Source of the DNA: an uncultured Thermoprotei archaeon
GTDB lineage: Archaea; Thermoproteota; Thermoprotei; QMSL01; B3-G16
Direction of reading: 5' to 3'
DNA length: 64,000 bases
Assembly: GCA_964517845.1 (NCBI GenBank)
Contig: CAZFCQ010000007.1
Span: forward strand, 14,087 to 78,086
Position numbers and translations under genes: made by a program. The notes beneath the pieces are model-generated. The model was not told the origin of the DNA. It saw only the letters and a list, made by a program, of their open reading frames with translations, and ran no database searches. Below are positions 10,614 to 19,982 of this stretch, piece by piece (the stretch's first letter is position 1; each line of letters opens with the position of its first letter).

Positions 10614-11345
10614 AAGCTCAGGGAACTTTCTCCTTACTTTAATCTTAGGAAGTTTATCTGTAGCGTCTATTACTCCTAAGGGTTTCCTTTCGATAAAACC
10701 AAGGTCAATTAGTCTATAGAGTACTTGATTAGGATTTTTGACGCCTAGAGATTTAAGATCTATTAAGAAACGTAATTCACCTACGCTAGGATACTCATTT
10801 AGATACTCGATAGCTCTCCTTAACTCATCGTCAAAGTTTCCTAGAATATCGTTATCCTCTTCTTCTATACTTCCTTCATCTATTTTTATAACTTCGTTCT
10901 CATAATGCTCATTATCTTCTTTCTCTTTTTCTAAGCTTTTACGTGTTTTCTCTTCTATAGCCTGCTTCTCTCTTTTTTTCTCCTTTATATCCTCTTCTAA
11001 TGAAGAGAAGAGGGGGCTAAAGCGAATTAATTTTGTCATTTTAGATTGTGTTGATGACTTGGTGGATATAGTGCTCTTTGTCTCAGCTTCTTTTGATAGC
11101 CCCTCTTCTTTAGATGTATGGAGTATTTCAGGTATCGGGTATGCTAAGGGTTCCTCTTCAAGCTCTCTTAAATTTCCCTTGCCTTTGATTACACCTTCAT
11201 TTAAGAGATCATTAACTATCATTGATAACGTTATGAGCCCTATATTGTTCTCTTTAGCCCATCTTATTAACTCGCTTAATTCTACTTTACCCTTACTATG
11301 TATAAAGTCTTTGATTTTCTCTAACAACTTCTCATAGCTATTCAT
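10599..11345 (-). CDS. Hypothetical protein with two winged-helix-like domains joined by a charged linker
   Basis: N- and C-terminal wHTH-like patterns (LxxxGxI) with an E/K-rich middle. Confidence 0.55.
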   Translation of the reverse strand: MNSYEKLLEKIKDFIHSKGKVELSELIRWAKENNIGLITLSMIVNDLLNEGVIKGKGNLRELEEEPLAYPIPEILHTSKEEGLSKEAETKSTISTKSSTQSKMTKLIRFSPLFSSLEEDIKEKKREKQAIEEKTRKSLEKEKEDNEHYENEVIKIDEGSIEEEDNDILGNFDDELRRAIEYLNEYPSVGELRFLIDLKSLGVKNPNQVLYRLIDLGFIERKPLGVIDATDKLPKIKVRRKFPELSYFI

Positions 11346-11435
11346 TATATTGAACCCTATGTAATTCTTTTAGGAATCTAGTGTTAAGTCTATTTTAACA
11401 AGTCTAACGCTAATATTAATGAGTATCTTTTATCG

Positions 11436-12803
11436 CTACTCTTTGAGAGTACTTATAATCTTAAGTACTTTCTCCTTCATATTCTCTGCTAACTCCTTAG
11501 CTCTCTGAGGATCCTTGGCTTCACTAAAAATACGATATATAGGTTCCGTTCCGCTAGGTCTAGCTAATACCCACGATCCATCACTATACCATACTTTAAC
11601 TCCATCAATAGTCTCAACTTTAACTCCACTGACTTCAGAAAGGAGTATCTTAAGTACTTTAGCTTTCAGTTCATTAGGACAAGGTACCTTATCTTTTACT
11701 TGGTAATATTTGGGTAACGAAGATAAGAGTGATGATAATGAAGTCTCTTTTCTAGCTAATATGTCAAGTATTAACGCTGTCGCCATAGTACCATCTCGTA
11801 CAGGTAAGTGCGGGCCATAAAATATACCACCATTCTCTTCTACCCCTAACTTAGCTCCTAATTTCATCATCATCCTAGAGACTATGATGCTTCCAACTTT
11901 AGTGTATATTATCTTTCCGCCATATTTTTTAGCAACATCTTCTATGATCTTTGATGAACTCACAGGGGTTACAATGCATTCTCCAGGATTACGTTCTAAG
12001 AAGTCCATAACTATCAAAGCTGCAGTTTTATCGCCCCAGTATACTTGCCCTTTTTCATCTACAAAGATGGCTCTATCACCATCACCATCATGTGCTACTC
12101 CTAAGTCAGCACCAGAAGCGATTACGGCTTCAGATAGGGTTTGTAGATTATCTAAACGTGGTTCAGGCTTACGTCCAGGAAAGGTACCATCCAGATGAGC
12201 ATTGACAGTTAATACTTTGCACTTAAGCCTCTTAAGTAGACGAGGAGTAGTTAATACACTTACACTATTAGCAGGATCAACAGCAACTTTGAACTTTCTT
12301 TTAGATATAAGCTCTTCATTTATATGACTTAAAACTCCATCTAGATATTCGTCTATAAGGAATCTCATCTCACTAAATTCGCCTACATTCTCCCAGTTTG
12401 CATATTTAAATTTACGAGTGAAGTATATTTCTTCAATAAGTTTTTCTTTTTCAGGTGGTATTTCTACACCGTCGTTATCTATTACTTTAATTCCATTAAA
12501 TTCAGGAGGATTATGAGATGCCGTAATCATTATACCGAAATCAAACTCCCTTTTCTTTACTAAATATTGAAGAGCAGGCGTAGTTATGAGGCCTATATCA
12601 TATACATTTATACCAGTACTCATTAAAGCACTAGCTATGGTATTCGCTATAACCTCACCTGTGAGCCTAACATCTCTTCCTAATAGGCATTTTCCTTTTG
12701 AAAAGAAGGTTCCTATTGCTAAACCCACTTGTAATACGTCTTTTAACGTGAAATCTTTCCCTAGTATAAATCGTATGCCATTAGTACCGAACAATTTCTT
12801 CAA
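11436..12803 (-). CDS. glmM: Phosphoglucosamine mutase / PMM-PGM family phosphohexomutase
   Basis: LFGTNGIR, TASHNP, DGDGDR and RPSGTEP motifs. Confidence 0.88.
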   Translation of the reverse strand: MKKLFGTNGIRFILGKDFTLKDVLQVGLAIGTFFSKGKCLLGRDVRLTGEVIANTIASALMSTGINVYDIGLITTPALQYLVKKREFDFGIMITASHNPPEFNGIKVIDNDGVEIPPEKEKLIEEIYFTRKFKYANWENVGEFSEMRFLIDEYLDGVLSHINEELISKRKFKVAVDPANSVSVLTTPRLLKRLKCKVLTVNAHLDGTFPGRKPEPRLDNLQTLSEAVIASGADLGVAHDGDGDRAIFVDEKGQVYWGDKTAALIVMDFLERNPGECIVTPVSSSKIIEDVAKKYGGKIIYTKVGSIIVSRMMMKLGAKLGVEENGGIFYGPHLPVRDGTMATALILDILARKETSLSSLLSSLPKYYQVKDKVPCPNELKAKVLKILLSEVSGVKVETIDGVKVWYSDGSWVLARPSGTEPIYRIFSEAKDPQRAKELAENMKEKVLKIISTLKE

Positions 12804-12896
12804 GAAACCTCACCACCTAGGCATTGAGATATAAATAAGTCATAATATATTAATCTGAGTTAAGTCATTTAAGTATTGGTGAAAAGAGGGCTGAAG

Positions 12897-13799
12897 ATGG
12901 AAAAAAATATTAAGCTCAGAATTTTATCAGCGGTTAAAAAAGCTGAAGAGGAAGAAGAAGAGGTAGATATAGTACTTAAAGGTCAATATCTCGAAGCCTA
13001 TGAACTTCTTAAGGACTCAGAGGATGCAGGACTTACTCCAGCTATAGTAGGACCTCCAGGTGTTGGAAAAACGCTTTTATGTAGATACTATGCTAAGCAG
13101 ACTAGAAGGCCATTCTACTGGATAACTCTGGATGAGAATACTAAACCTTCGCATTTAATTGGTGCTTTTAACCCAGCTATAGTGCTAGATAGAGGATTCT
13201 CATTAGATGCTTTTGAACCCGGCCCTCTCACATTAGCTATGATAGAGGGAGGAGTCTTTGTAGCAAACGAACTTAATAGAGCTAGTGAATACGTTCAAAA
13301 TGTCTTCTTAGAACCACTTGAGGAAAGGTCATACTATATAGCTCATGTAGGAAGGATAAAGGCTGCTGATGAATTTTTCTTTATAGCCAGTATGAATCCA
13401 AGCGAATTAGCAGGAGTACATAGGTTGAGTGAGGCACTCAGAGATAGAATTCATGTATGGATAGCCCTTACGTACCCTGATAAGGAAACCGAACTAGAGA
13501 TAGTAAAGATGCATTGTAGAAAATATAACTTACCTAAGGATGTATTGGAAAAGGTATATGATATAATTTCAAGGACTAGAAATCATCCAGAGTTAGAAAA
13601 ACCAGCCTCCATAAGGTCAACAATAGCAATAGCAAAGCTAGTTGCAGAAAGAGCGAAGAAGACAGGCGAATATAATGATAGCGTAATAGCAGAAGCTGCA
13701 TATAATGTATTAGTAGGAAGTTTGAAAGCTAGGCCTGGCATTAAGGTTGAGGCCATAGCTAGATCAATAATAATGGAGGCATTAAAACAAAGGAGGTGA
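12897..13799 (+). CDS. MoxR-family AAA+ ATPase
   Basis: Walker A GPPGVGKT, variant Walker B VFVANELNR, SMNP and LSEALRDR. Confidence 0.88.
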   Translation: MEKNIKLRILSAVKKAEEEEEEVDIVLKGQYLEAYELLKDSEDAGLTPAIVGPPGVGKTLLCRYYAKQTRRPFYWITLDENTKPSHLIGAFNPAIVLDRGFSLDAFEPGPLTLAMIEGGVFVANELNRASEYVQNVFLEPLEERSYYIAHVGRIKAADEFFFIASMNPSELAGVHRLSEALRDRIHVWIALTYPDKETELEIVKMHCRKYNLPKDVLEKVYDIISRTRNHPELEKPASIRSTIAIAKLVAERAKKTGEYNDSVIAEAAYNVLVGSLKARPGIKVEAIARSIIMEALKQRR

Positions 13800-13805
13800 A
13801 GATAG

Positions 13806-15923
13806 ATGTTCATGGACGATTCATTAGAGCGGTTTGCTACGACTTTTGTTGAACGATTGAGAAGAGCTTGTGCTTCAAGCGATTTTAAGCCTTCTATACG
13901 TCATTCTATAGCTTTGGCTAGACTTTTAGAAGCTATTAGGCTTAGGAAAGGTAAACTGAACAGAGAGGACTACATAAGAGCTGCATTAGCAATAGTACCT
14001 CCAGAAGCTAAGGATATCGCTCTTGATGTAATTCAGGAGATATTTGGAACAGGGCGTAATTTTCCATTAAGATGGAAGGGATTCCCGTTCTTTCCTCCAT
14101 TTCCATTTCAATTACCTTTTCCCTTGGGATTGAAATATAATAAAGAGAGTCTTAGCGAGAGAGGGAGAAGGATACTTTCAAAAGCAATAGCAGGTAATCC
14201 TCAGGCTATAGAAGATTTCAGAAAATTAGCTGAGGAGAATCCAGTAGAAGCCGCAAAAGTTTTTAATAGAATTGAAAAAGTAGGCGTAGAAGACTTAGAT
14301 ACATATGCAGGTATAATCTCAAGTAGCATTAGGACACTAGAGGATTTCTATAATGTATTCTCCTTAACTAGGATACTTCCTTCTAATCTTGAGGAAATCC
14401 TTAATCATGCTTATGAAAATTACCCGTTAGATAGATCATATAAGATAGCTGATAAGATAGATAGTATAGCTAATTCAAACATGAGAGAACTAGTTGTTAA
14501 GTATTATTGGGATAGGGGAAGAAAAGAGGGGAGATTGCCTTCTTTAAGAGAGGTAGCTAGTTCTCCAGTGCCTATAAAAGAGTGGCGTCAAATGTTAGAT
14601 AAGGCAATAAAAGAGGAATTAGAGAAAGCATTCAGAATGAGCGATCCTACCAGAGCGTTAGTAGAGCTCGCGAAAGAATTGAAAAGATATAGCGAATATT
14701 ATCAGGACGAATGGTGTGCTAAGCCACTACGTAATGCTTCAAAGAGAATAGCTAAAATGGCTTATGAGATATCAAAAAAGGAAGGAAGAGAAAAAAGTAA
14801 GAAAATAGAGCAAGAGCTCTCAGAAGAAGGATTAGAACCATCTCTTCATTCAAAGATTTCAAATAAGCTTAGAGGAAGAATTAGAAAAAAGGAGGATATA
14901 GAGAAGCTCGCTAGGAGTAATTATGAAGACGTATATAAAGAGCTAGGTAGGAAGAAGGTAAATATTGAGGAGATATTAAAGAAAGCCGCAGAATATAATA
15001 ATAAGGAAGCCATAGCAGCTCTAGCGCATAGAAATCTTAGTAACACATTAGAAGCAGCTAAAAAGTTAGGACTCCTTGATAAAGTTTTAAATAGCCTTAG
15101 TGCTGGGCCTGGAGAGAACCTTCTGAAAGAATGGTTTAGAAGCAGAAGAAAGCTAGATTCCTCATTAAAGAGAATAGTTAAGCAGTATGTTAAAGAGATA
15201 CTATTAGACCTAGGAAGAGGATATGCTGTTTCTAGATTCGGAGGTTTAGAAGGAGGTCCTCTACCAAGTTTCATGTTAAAGCCATATGAACCAGGCGATG
15301 ACCCTTCATTAGTTGATTTAGAAGAATCTATAGAGAACATACTCTCTCAAGGAAAGTTACCGAAACATCTAAGATATGAGGACTTATTAATGAGAGAAGA
15401 AGAGCGAGGAAAGATAGCGCTAATACTACTTAACGATATTAGCGGTAGCATGGCAGGTGAAAAGTTGTTTTATATGAGTATATGTAGCTTAATGTTACTT
15501 TACGCTTTTAGAAAGGAAGATATAGGTGTTGCGTTCTTTGAATCAGATACGTATAAAGTTAAGGAAATAGATGAAAATATCAATATCGAAGATATAGCAG
15601 ATGAATTATTAGATTTAGATGCATTTGGAGGGACTTGTGTTTCAAGAGCACTTATTTGGGCGGAGGAACAGTTCGTTAAATCACGAGCAAAGACTAAGGT
15701 ATTAGTCCTCCTATCGGATTGTGCATTTTATGACTATGAAGAAGCACTTATGCTTATTTCAAGACTAAGGAGAATGAATGTCTTGATATTCGTTATTACA
15801 CCAAAATGGAGCTATGAAGAGAATATCGTTAAGGCTCTAAAAGGATTAGAAACTAGAGTCATACAAATAGAAAGTATAGAGGAGCTACCAGATATTTTAA
15901 CGATGATAGCCAATAACATCTAG
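13806..15923 (+). CDS. VWA (MIDAS) domain protein, partner of the MoxR ATPase
   Basis: C-terminal DISGSM...GGT...LSD MIDAS; directly downstream of the ATPase. Confidence 0.85.
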   Translation: MFMDDSLERFATTFVERLRRACASSDFKPSIRHSIALARLLEAIRLRKGKLNREDYIRAALAIVPPEAKDIALDVIQEIFGTGRNFPLRWKGFPFFPPFPFQLPFPLGLKYNKESLSERGRRILSKAIAGNPQAIEDFRKLAEENPVEAAKVFNRIEKVGVEDLDTYAGIISSSIRTLEDFYNVFSLTRILPSNLEEILNHAYENYPLDRSYKIADKIDSIANSNMRELVVKYYWDRGRKEGRLPSLREVASSPVPIKEWRQMLDKAIKEELEKAFRMSDPTRALVELAKELKRYSEYYQDEWCAKPLRNASKRIAKMAYEISKKEGREKSKKIEQELSEEGLEPSLHSKISNKLRGRIRKKEDIEKLARSNYEDVYKELGRKKVNIEEILKKAAEYNNKEAIAALAHRNLSNTLEAAKKLGLLDKVLNSLSAGPGENLLKEWFRSRRKLDSSLKRIVKQYVKEILLDLGRGYAVSRFGGLEGGPLPSFMLKPYEPGDDPSLVDLEESIENILSQGKLPKHLRYEDLLMREEERGKIALILLNDISGSMAGEKLFYMSICSLMLLYAFRKEDIGVAFFESDTYKVKEIDENINIEDIADELLDLDAFGGTCVSRALIWAEEQFVKSRAKTKVLVLLSDCAFYDYEEALMLISRLRRMNVLIFVITPKWSYEENIVKALKGLETRVIQIESIEELPDILTMIANNI

Positions 15924-16267
15924 CGCCGTTTATACATAATGAGGAATAGCAATAGTAGTATTAGAGCAATTATAGCACCCGTAGCACCTAGAGCTCTACC
16001 ATATGGACCCCATGCTATACCAATAGGAATGGGAATAAATGGCCATATAATTACTATGGCTCCACTACTTGAACTTAATTGAAGCCCGCCTATTAAGGGT
16101 GCTATGATAGTTATTATCATGCCAATTATAGTTAAGATAAAGCCTATAGTGAATAATTTAGCTTCAAACGAATAAGTACATGTCTTATTACGTTCTCTTA
16201 TATTCCTAACATAGCTTCTATAAACTTTAAAGTTTAAACGAGGTTCTTCTTTTCTCTCTTTATCCAT
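15920..16267 (-). CDS. Small membrane protein (DUF131/TIGR00304-like)
   Basis: IGFILTIIG...GAIVIIWPFIPIPIG hydrophobic pattern; GGGTGA RBS. Confidence 0.6.
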   Translation of the reverse strand: MDKERKEEPRLNFKVYRSYVRNIRERNKTCTYSFEAKLFTIGFILTIIGMIITIIAPLIGGLQLSSSSGAIVIIWPFIPIPIGIAWGPYGRALGATGAIIALILLLLFLIMYKRR

Positions 16268-16360
16268 TATCTACATCACCCTCAATTAGAATCTAGATTA
16301 GCTAAACATAAATTTTTAGAAAGAGGCGATATAAAGAAACTCTACTCTTGATTATGTTTT

Positions 16361-16789
16361 CTAATCACTTACTTTTCTTTCTTCTAGGATCTCTATCTTT
16401 AACATCCTTAACTCTATGCATGAGACTCTTAGAGAATAAACATACCCCCCTGAGAGTGTAATTTCATTAGTAAATTTGAGATTGAGTATGATCCTATCAT
16501 CACTATAATTCTTCAGGATATCGGTTTCTTTTAATGTTCTTATAAGTGTAGGGGATACTGTATATCCTGTAAAGTATATAGTGTCCTTTTTAAGTAGGAT
16601 CTCTACATTTTCAGGAACGAAAAAAGATATCCTTATAATACTACCAGGCTTAAGGGCTATTTTACTAAACGAGTTTAAGAGCAAAGAAGGGTCAAAATAA
16701 GGCTCTAGTAAATATTGAGTAAAGGTAAGAGCTACAGTTAAGTACAGTAATAGGCCCACGAATATTAGCGTATACTCAATTGTTTCCAT
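16361..16789 (-). CDS. Pilin-like protein of the type IV pilus-like locus
   Basis: METIEY followed by a hydrophobic helix; last gene of the ATPase/TadC operon. Confidence 0.6.
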   Translation of the reverse strand: METIEYTLIFVGLLLYLTVALTFTQYLLEPYFDPSLLLNSFSKIALKPGSIIRISFFVPENVEILLKKDTIYFTGYTVSPTLIRTLKETDILKNYSDDRIILNLKFTNEITLSGGYVYSLRVSCIELRMLKIEILEERKVSD

Positions 16790-17408
16790 CCAATTTCACC
16801 TTCAGCTCTATACCTCTTTCATCATTTACAATGAGTATGAAAGGTCTTCTCCTTCTTACGAGTGCTTTAATAAGAAATATCTGATCTGGATATCGCTTAA
16901 TCTCAATGATAGAACCATTTTTTACTTTAAAGGATAGATCTACAGGTCTTTCACTCTTAACCTGAACTTTCAGTAATACCACTTCGTAATGTCTTAAGAA
17001 TGGAAGAGAATATCTTTCATAGGTAGTTACCTTAATAGAGAGGAGAGCATGGATAGTCTCATTACCCCAAGGATGCGTAAATATGGCTTTAGCATAGGCT
17101 GAACAACTCCCGGGTGAGGTGTTGTAATAAACTTCAGTGGAGGTCAATTCACCTGAATAGTCACTATTTTTCTTAAGAAGTGAAATAGAGTAGTTTATCG
17201 CATAAGAGAAGAGCGCAGAAAATTCTGAAGCATTAGTCGTTTTCTTTGAAGCATAAGAGAGTGCATTAACTACAACTATATAGTCTATAGCTAAAGCTTT
17301 TTCCTCGATATCTCTCTTGATAAGACGTACCTGAGCAATGTAAAGATTTAACATAAAGGATATTAACAATAATGTTGAAAAGAGACAAGCCAATAGTGTA
17401 AAGTTCAA
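16776..17408 (-). CDS. Membrane-anchored surface protein of the type IV pilus-like locus
   Basis: N-terminal TM helix, N-glycosylation sequons, operon context. Confidence 0.55.
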   Translation of the reverse strand: MNFTLLACLFSTLLLISFMLNLYIAQVRLIKRDIEEKALAIDYIVVVNALSYASKKTTNASEFSALFSYAINYSISLLKKNSDYSGELTSTEVYYNTSPGSCSAYAKAIFTHPWGNETIHALLSIKVTTYERYSLPFLRHYEVVLLKVQVKSERPVDLSFKVKNGSIIEIKRYPDQIFLIKALVRRRRPFILIVNDERGIELKVKLDGNN

Positions 17409-17412
17409 GTTC

Positions 17413-17787
17413 TCACCTACGGACTTTAAGACTAATAATTACACTTGTTAGAGTACCATTCCAACCAGGTATTATGGCCATAGCAGCTGGGCCTTCTAAT
17501 TGTTCGCCTATACTTAGAATCTTATCTCCATTAAGTGAGTATATCGTTAGGTTATATGGAGAGGAAATATAACTCTCTACTAGGACTTTTAAGCTGAGAG
17601 TATCATTAGCGTAAACACTATTTAAGAACTCTAAATTATGAAGTAAGGCAGTAAGTTCCTCATCTGGTGGTAAGAAAGGAGGTTGTTCAAATGAAAACTT
17701 GGATAGTGAAATTATTGTTAATACGGATAATATTATGATCGTAGCCAAGAAAGCGTCTATGACGTACATTTCACCTTTTCTCTTCAT
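17413..17787 (-). CDS. Pilin-like protein with class III signal peptide
   Basis: MKRKG|EMYVIDAFLATIIIL: basic leader, Gly, then hydrophobic stretch. Confidence 0.65.
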   Translation of the reverse strand: MKRKGEMYVIDAFLATIIILSVLTIISLSKFSFEQPPFLPPDEELTALLHNLEFLNSVYANDTLSLKVLVESYISSPYNLTIYSLNGDKILSIGEQLEGPAAMAIIPGWNGTLTSVIISLKVRR

Positions 17788-18320
17788 GGAGTCTTCACCT
17801 CAAATAAGGTATTATTAAAGAGAATTGGTATGTAAGTTCCTCGAGCAACATATTTAGAAAGCGAGAAATGAGGATAAACAGTAATAGTACCATTAGGGAA
17901 TATAAGAACGTAAGGTATCTCCTTAGGTACTTTAGTATAGACACCGTGCTTAGACACGTAAAAGGTTCCCTTGGGAGGAGAACCTGCATAAAATACTGCT
18001 GAAGCGGAGAATACTACAGTAAAACCTAATTTAGGAACAAATGCAGGAGTCACTACGTTTAGTTTTAAGAAGGACCCATTATTTAGAACTATTATGATAT
18101 TAGCTTTAATGGGATCTTTATTACTTACAACTAAATATGCGTAAGGAGTTACTTCAAGTATATCGAGTGAGATTGTAGGAGCGATATACTTCTCTCTTAA
18201 TTCCAATCTTAAACTAGGAGTATACACTGTAGGAATATATGAGAGTACATAGTAAATAGAAATAATCATGACCACAGATATTATTGTGAACCCCAAAAAC
18301 CAATCTAGTAGCAAATCCAT
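17784..18320 (-). CDS. Pilin-like/membrane-anchored protein of the type IV pilus-like locus
   Basis: MDLLLDW followed by a TM helix; operon context. Confidence 0.55.
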   Translation of the reverse strand: MDLLLDWFLGFTIISVVMIISIYYVLSYIPTVYTPSLRLELREKYIAPTISLDILEVTPYAYLVVSNKDPIKANIIIVLNNGSFLKLNVVTPAFVPKLGFTVVFSASAVFYAGSPPKGTFYVSKHGVYTKVPKEIPYVLIFPNGTITVYPHFSLSKYVARGTYIPILFNNTLFEVKTP

Positions 18321-18333
18321 GATGAACTACACC

Positions 18334-19842
18334 TTAAAGCAGGCTTTCTAGTAGTACTATAAGTATCATCATTACGCTTATTATAAAGGCTTCCCTAAAG
18401 CCACTTCCTATTCTCCAATCAAGAGTCTTCCCTATTATTAAGCTTAAGATAAAACTGTTAACTAGTACCATGCTATAGATAGCATCTTTAGCTATAGGAA
18501 TTTCATTAGGCTTTATTACGGAGATAGGTAATGGAGAAGGAACTTCTCTAATTAATTCGCTAATCATAGCAACTTTATAGACAACTATGTGAAATAGGAT
18601 GTAAATTAATGATAAGGATAAAGTTACTATAAAGAGAGAGACCCAGCGGTATATTTGATTTCCTTTTCTAAACTCTCTTACACTTATCATGTACTCATTT
18701 AATATATCAGCTAAAAGATGATAAGATTCAGCCCTAGCGCCATATTCCTCACTAAGAGTTAGAAGTCCTAAGGCGATTCTCATTGGATAAGGTAGAAGGC
18801 TTTGTATACCCTTAAGAGCCTCTCGAATACTACCTGTTATTCTAATTCTTCGAATAATTAATGAAATTAAACGATCCATCCATACATCATAACTATGCAC
18901 TTCAGAGATACGCTCTAACGCTAAGAGAGGAGGTGCTCCTCTATATATCTCATCTGCTAGATCACGCATGAGTATAGGTAATTTCTCAACAATGTCGTCA
19001 ACAATACTTGCTTCACGCCTAAATTCTATCCATGCAGGTAGGGCGAATATCATAAGAGATACTGCTAATGATGTCGCTCTCATTATGGGAAGTGTAAGAT
19101 TGAAATACATTACTAGTGAGTAAAATAACACACTGATAATTATGCTTAAGGGAATATACTTAAGCGAAATTTTTCGATATATTGCAGTGTAATCGATAAT
19201 TCTAGGAACTTGAGTATCTATCAGAACCATATAGGCGATGCCTATAAAGATAGATAAGAAGACAAAAACAAAGACTATAGGTATTATCATGATACTAGCA
19301 AGAATAGTGAAGAGGACAGCAGAGAGCATAGGGAATGCACCAAATAGGACTATCACTATACTGAGTAATGTTCTGAAATACTCTGATCTACGAGATAACT
19401 CAGTTCTCAAATCCTGCATAACTAAATTCATAAGATCTAACATTAGGCGCTCAGGACTTCTCCCTGTACGTTCAATATTTACAATAGCATACAAAAGTCT
19501 AGACCACGTACCTTTCGCATGAGGAAGTTCAAAACGTAGTTGCTCACTAATATGTCTCGTATGAAGCATAGAATCCCGCTTAATTCTTAATATTTCAAAA
19601 GAGCAATGAGGCAATATATCTCTTAGATCAGAGAGTGCCTCAAATGCTACAAGAGGGGGAATACCACTATTAACTAACATTGTAACAGCTAGTATAGCAA
19701 AGGGAGCTTCACTTTCAAGTTCTGTATAGTGTGATCTAAGTGAAAAAAGAGGCCTGAAGCCTGAAATAAGGAGCTTCAAGCATGGGATAAAGAGAACTAA
19801 AGAGATCAAAGGTTTAAGAGAGGGGATTCGGAGAAATAGCAT
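18334..19842 (-). CDS. Type II/IV secretion platform membrane protein (TadC/FlaJ-like, two T2SSF repeats); true 5' end probably extends toward 20003
   Basis: Two soluble repeats (ELESEAPFA...SGIPPLVAFE; EKLPILMRDLADEIYRG) each followed by TM helices; directly after the secretion ATPase. Confidence 0.8.
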   Translation of the reverse strand: MLFLRIPSLKPLISLVLFIPCLKLLISGFRPLFSLRSHYTELESEAPFAILAVTMLVNSGIPPLVAFEALSDLRDILPHCSFEILRIKRDSMLHTRHISEQLRFELPHAKGTWSRLLYAIVNIERTGRSPERLMLDLMNLVMQDLRTELSRRSEYFRTLLSIVIVLFGAFPMLSAVLFTILASIMIIPIVFVFVFLSIFIGIAYMVLIDTQVPRIIDYTAIYRKISLKYIPLSIIISVLFYSLVMYFNLTLPIMRATSLAVSLMIFALPAWIEFRREASIVDDIVEKLPILMRDLADEIYRGAPPLLALERISEVHSYDVWMDRLISLIIRRIRITGSIREALKGIQSLLPYPMRIALGLLTLSEEYGARAESYHLLADILNEYMISVREFRKGNQIYRWVSLFIVTLSLSLIYILFHIVVYKVAMISELIREVPSPLPISVIKPNEIPIAKDAIYSMVLVNSFILSLIIGKTLDWRIGSGFREAFIISVMMILIVLLESLL

Positions 19843-19982
19843 ACGAATAGGAGGAAAGAAGTTTTCTATAAATATAGGTAATAAAGGTAACCATATCAGA
19901 CCTATTGCTAAGTATAGTTTACGAAGATAAGCAGATGGAGGGCCTAGTGCTAAGAGGCTACATGCATGAGAAATCCTTTCTT

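Noticed and set aside
16221..16236. 16-bp palindrome TAAACTTTAAAGTTTA
   Set aside because: Lies inside a CDS that has a good RBS; short and AT-rich, so plausibly chance
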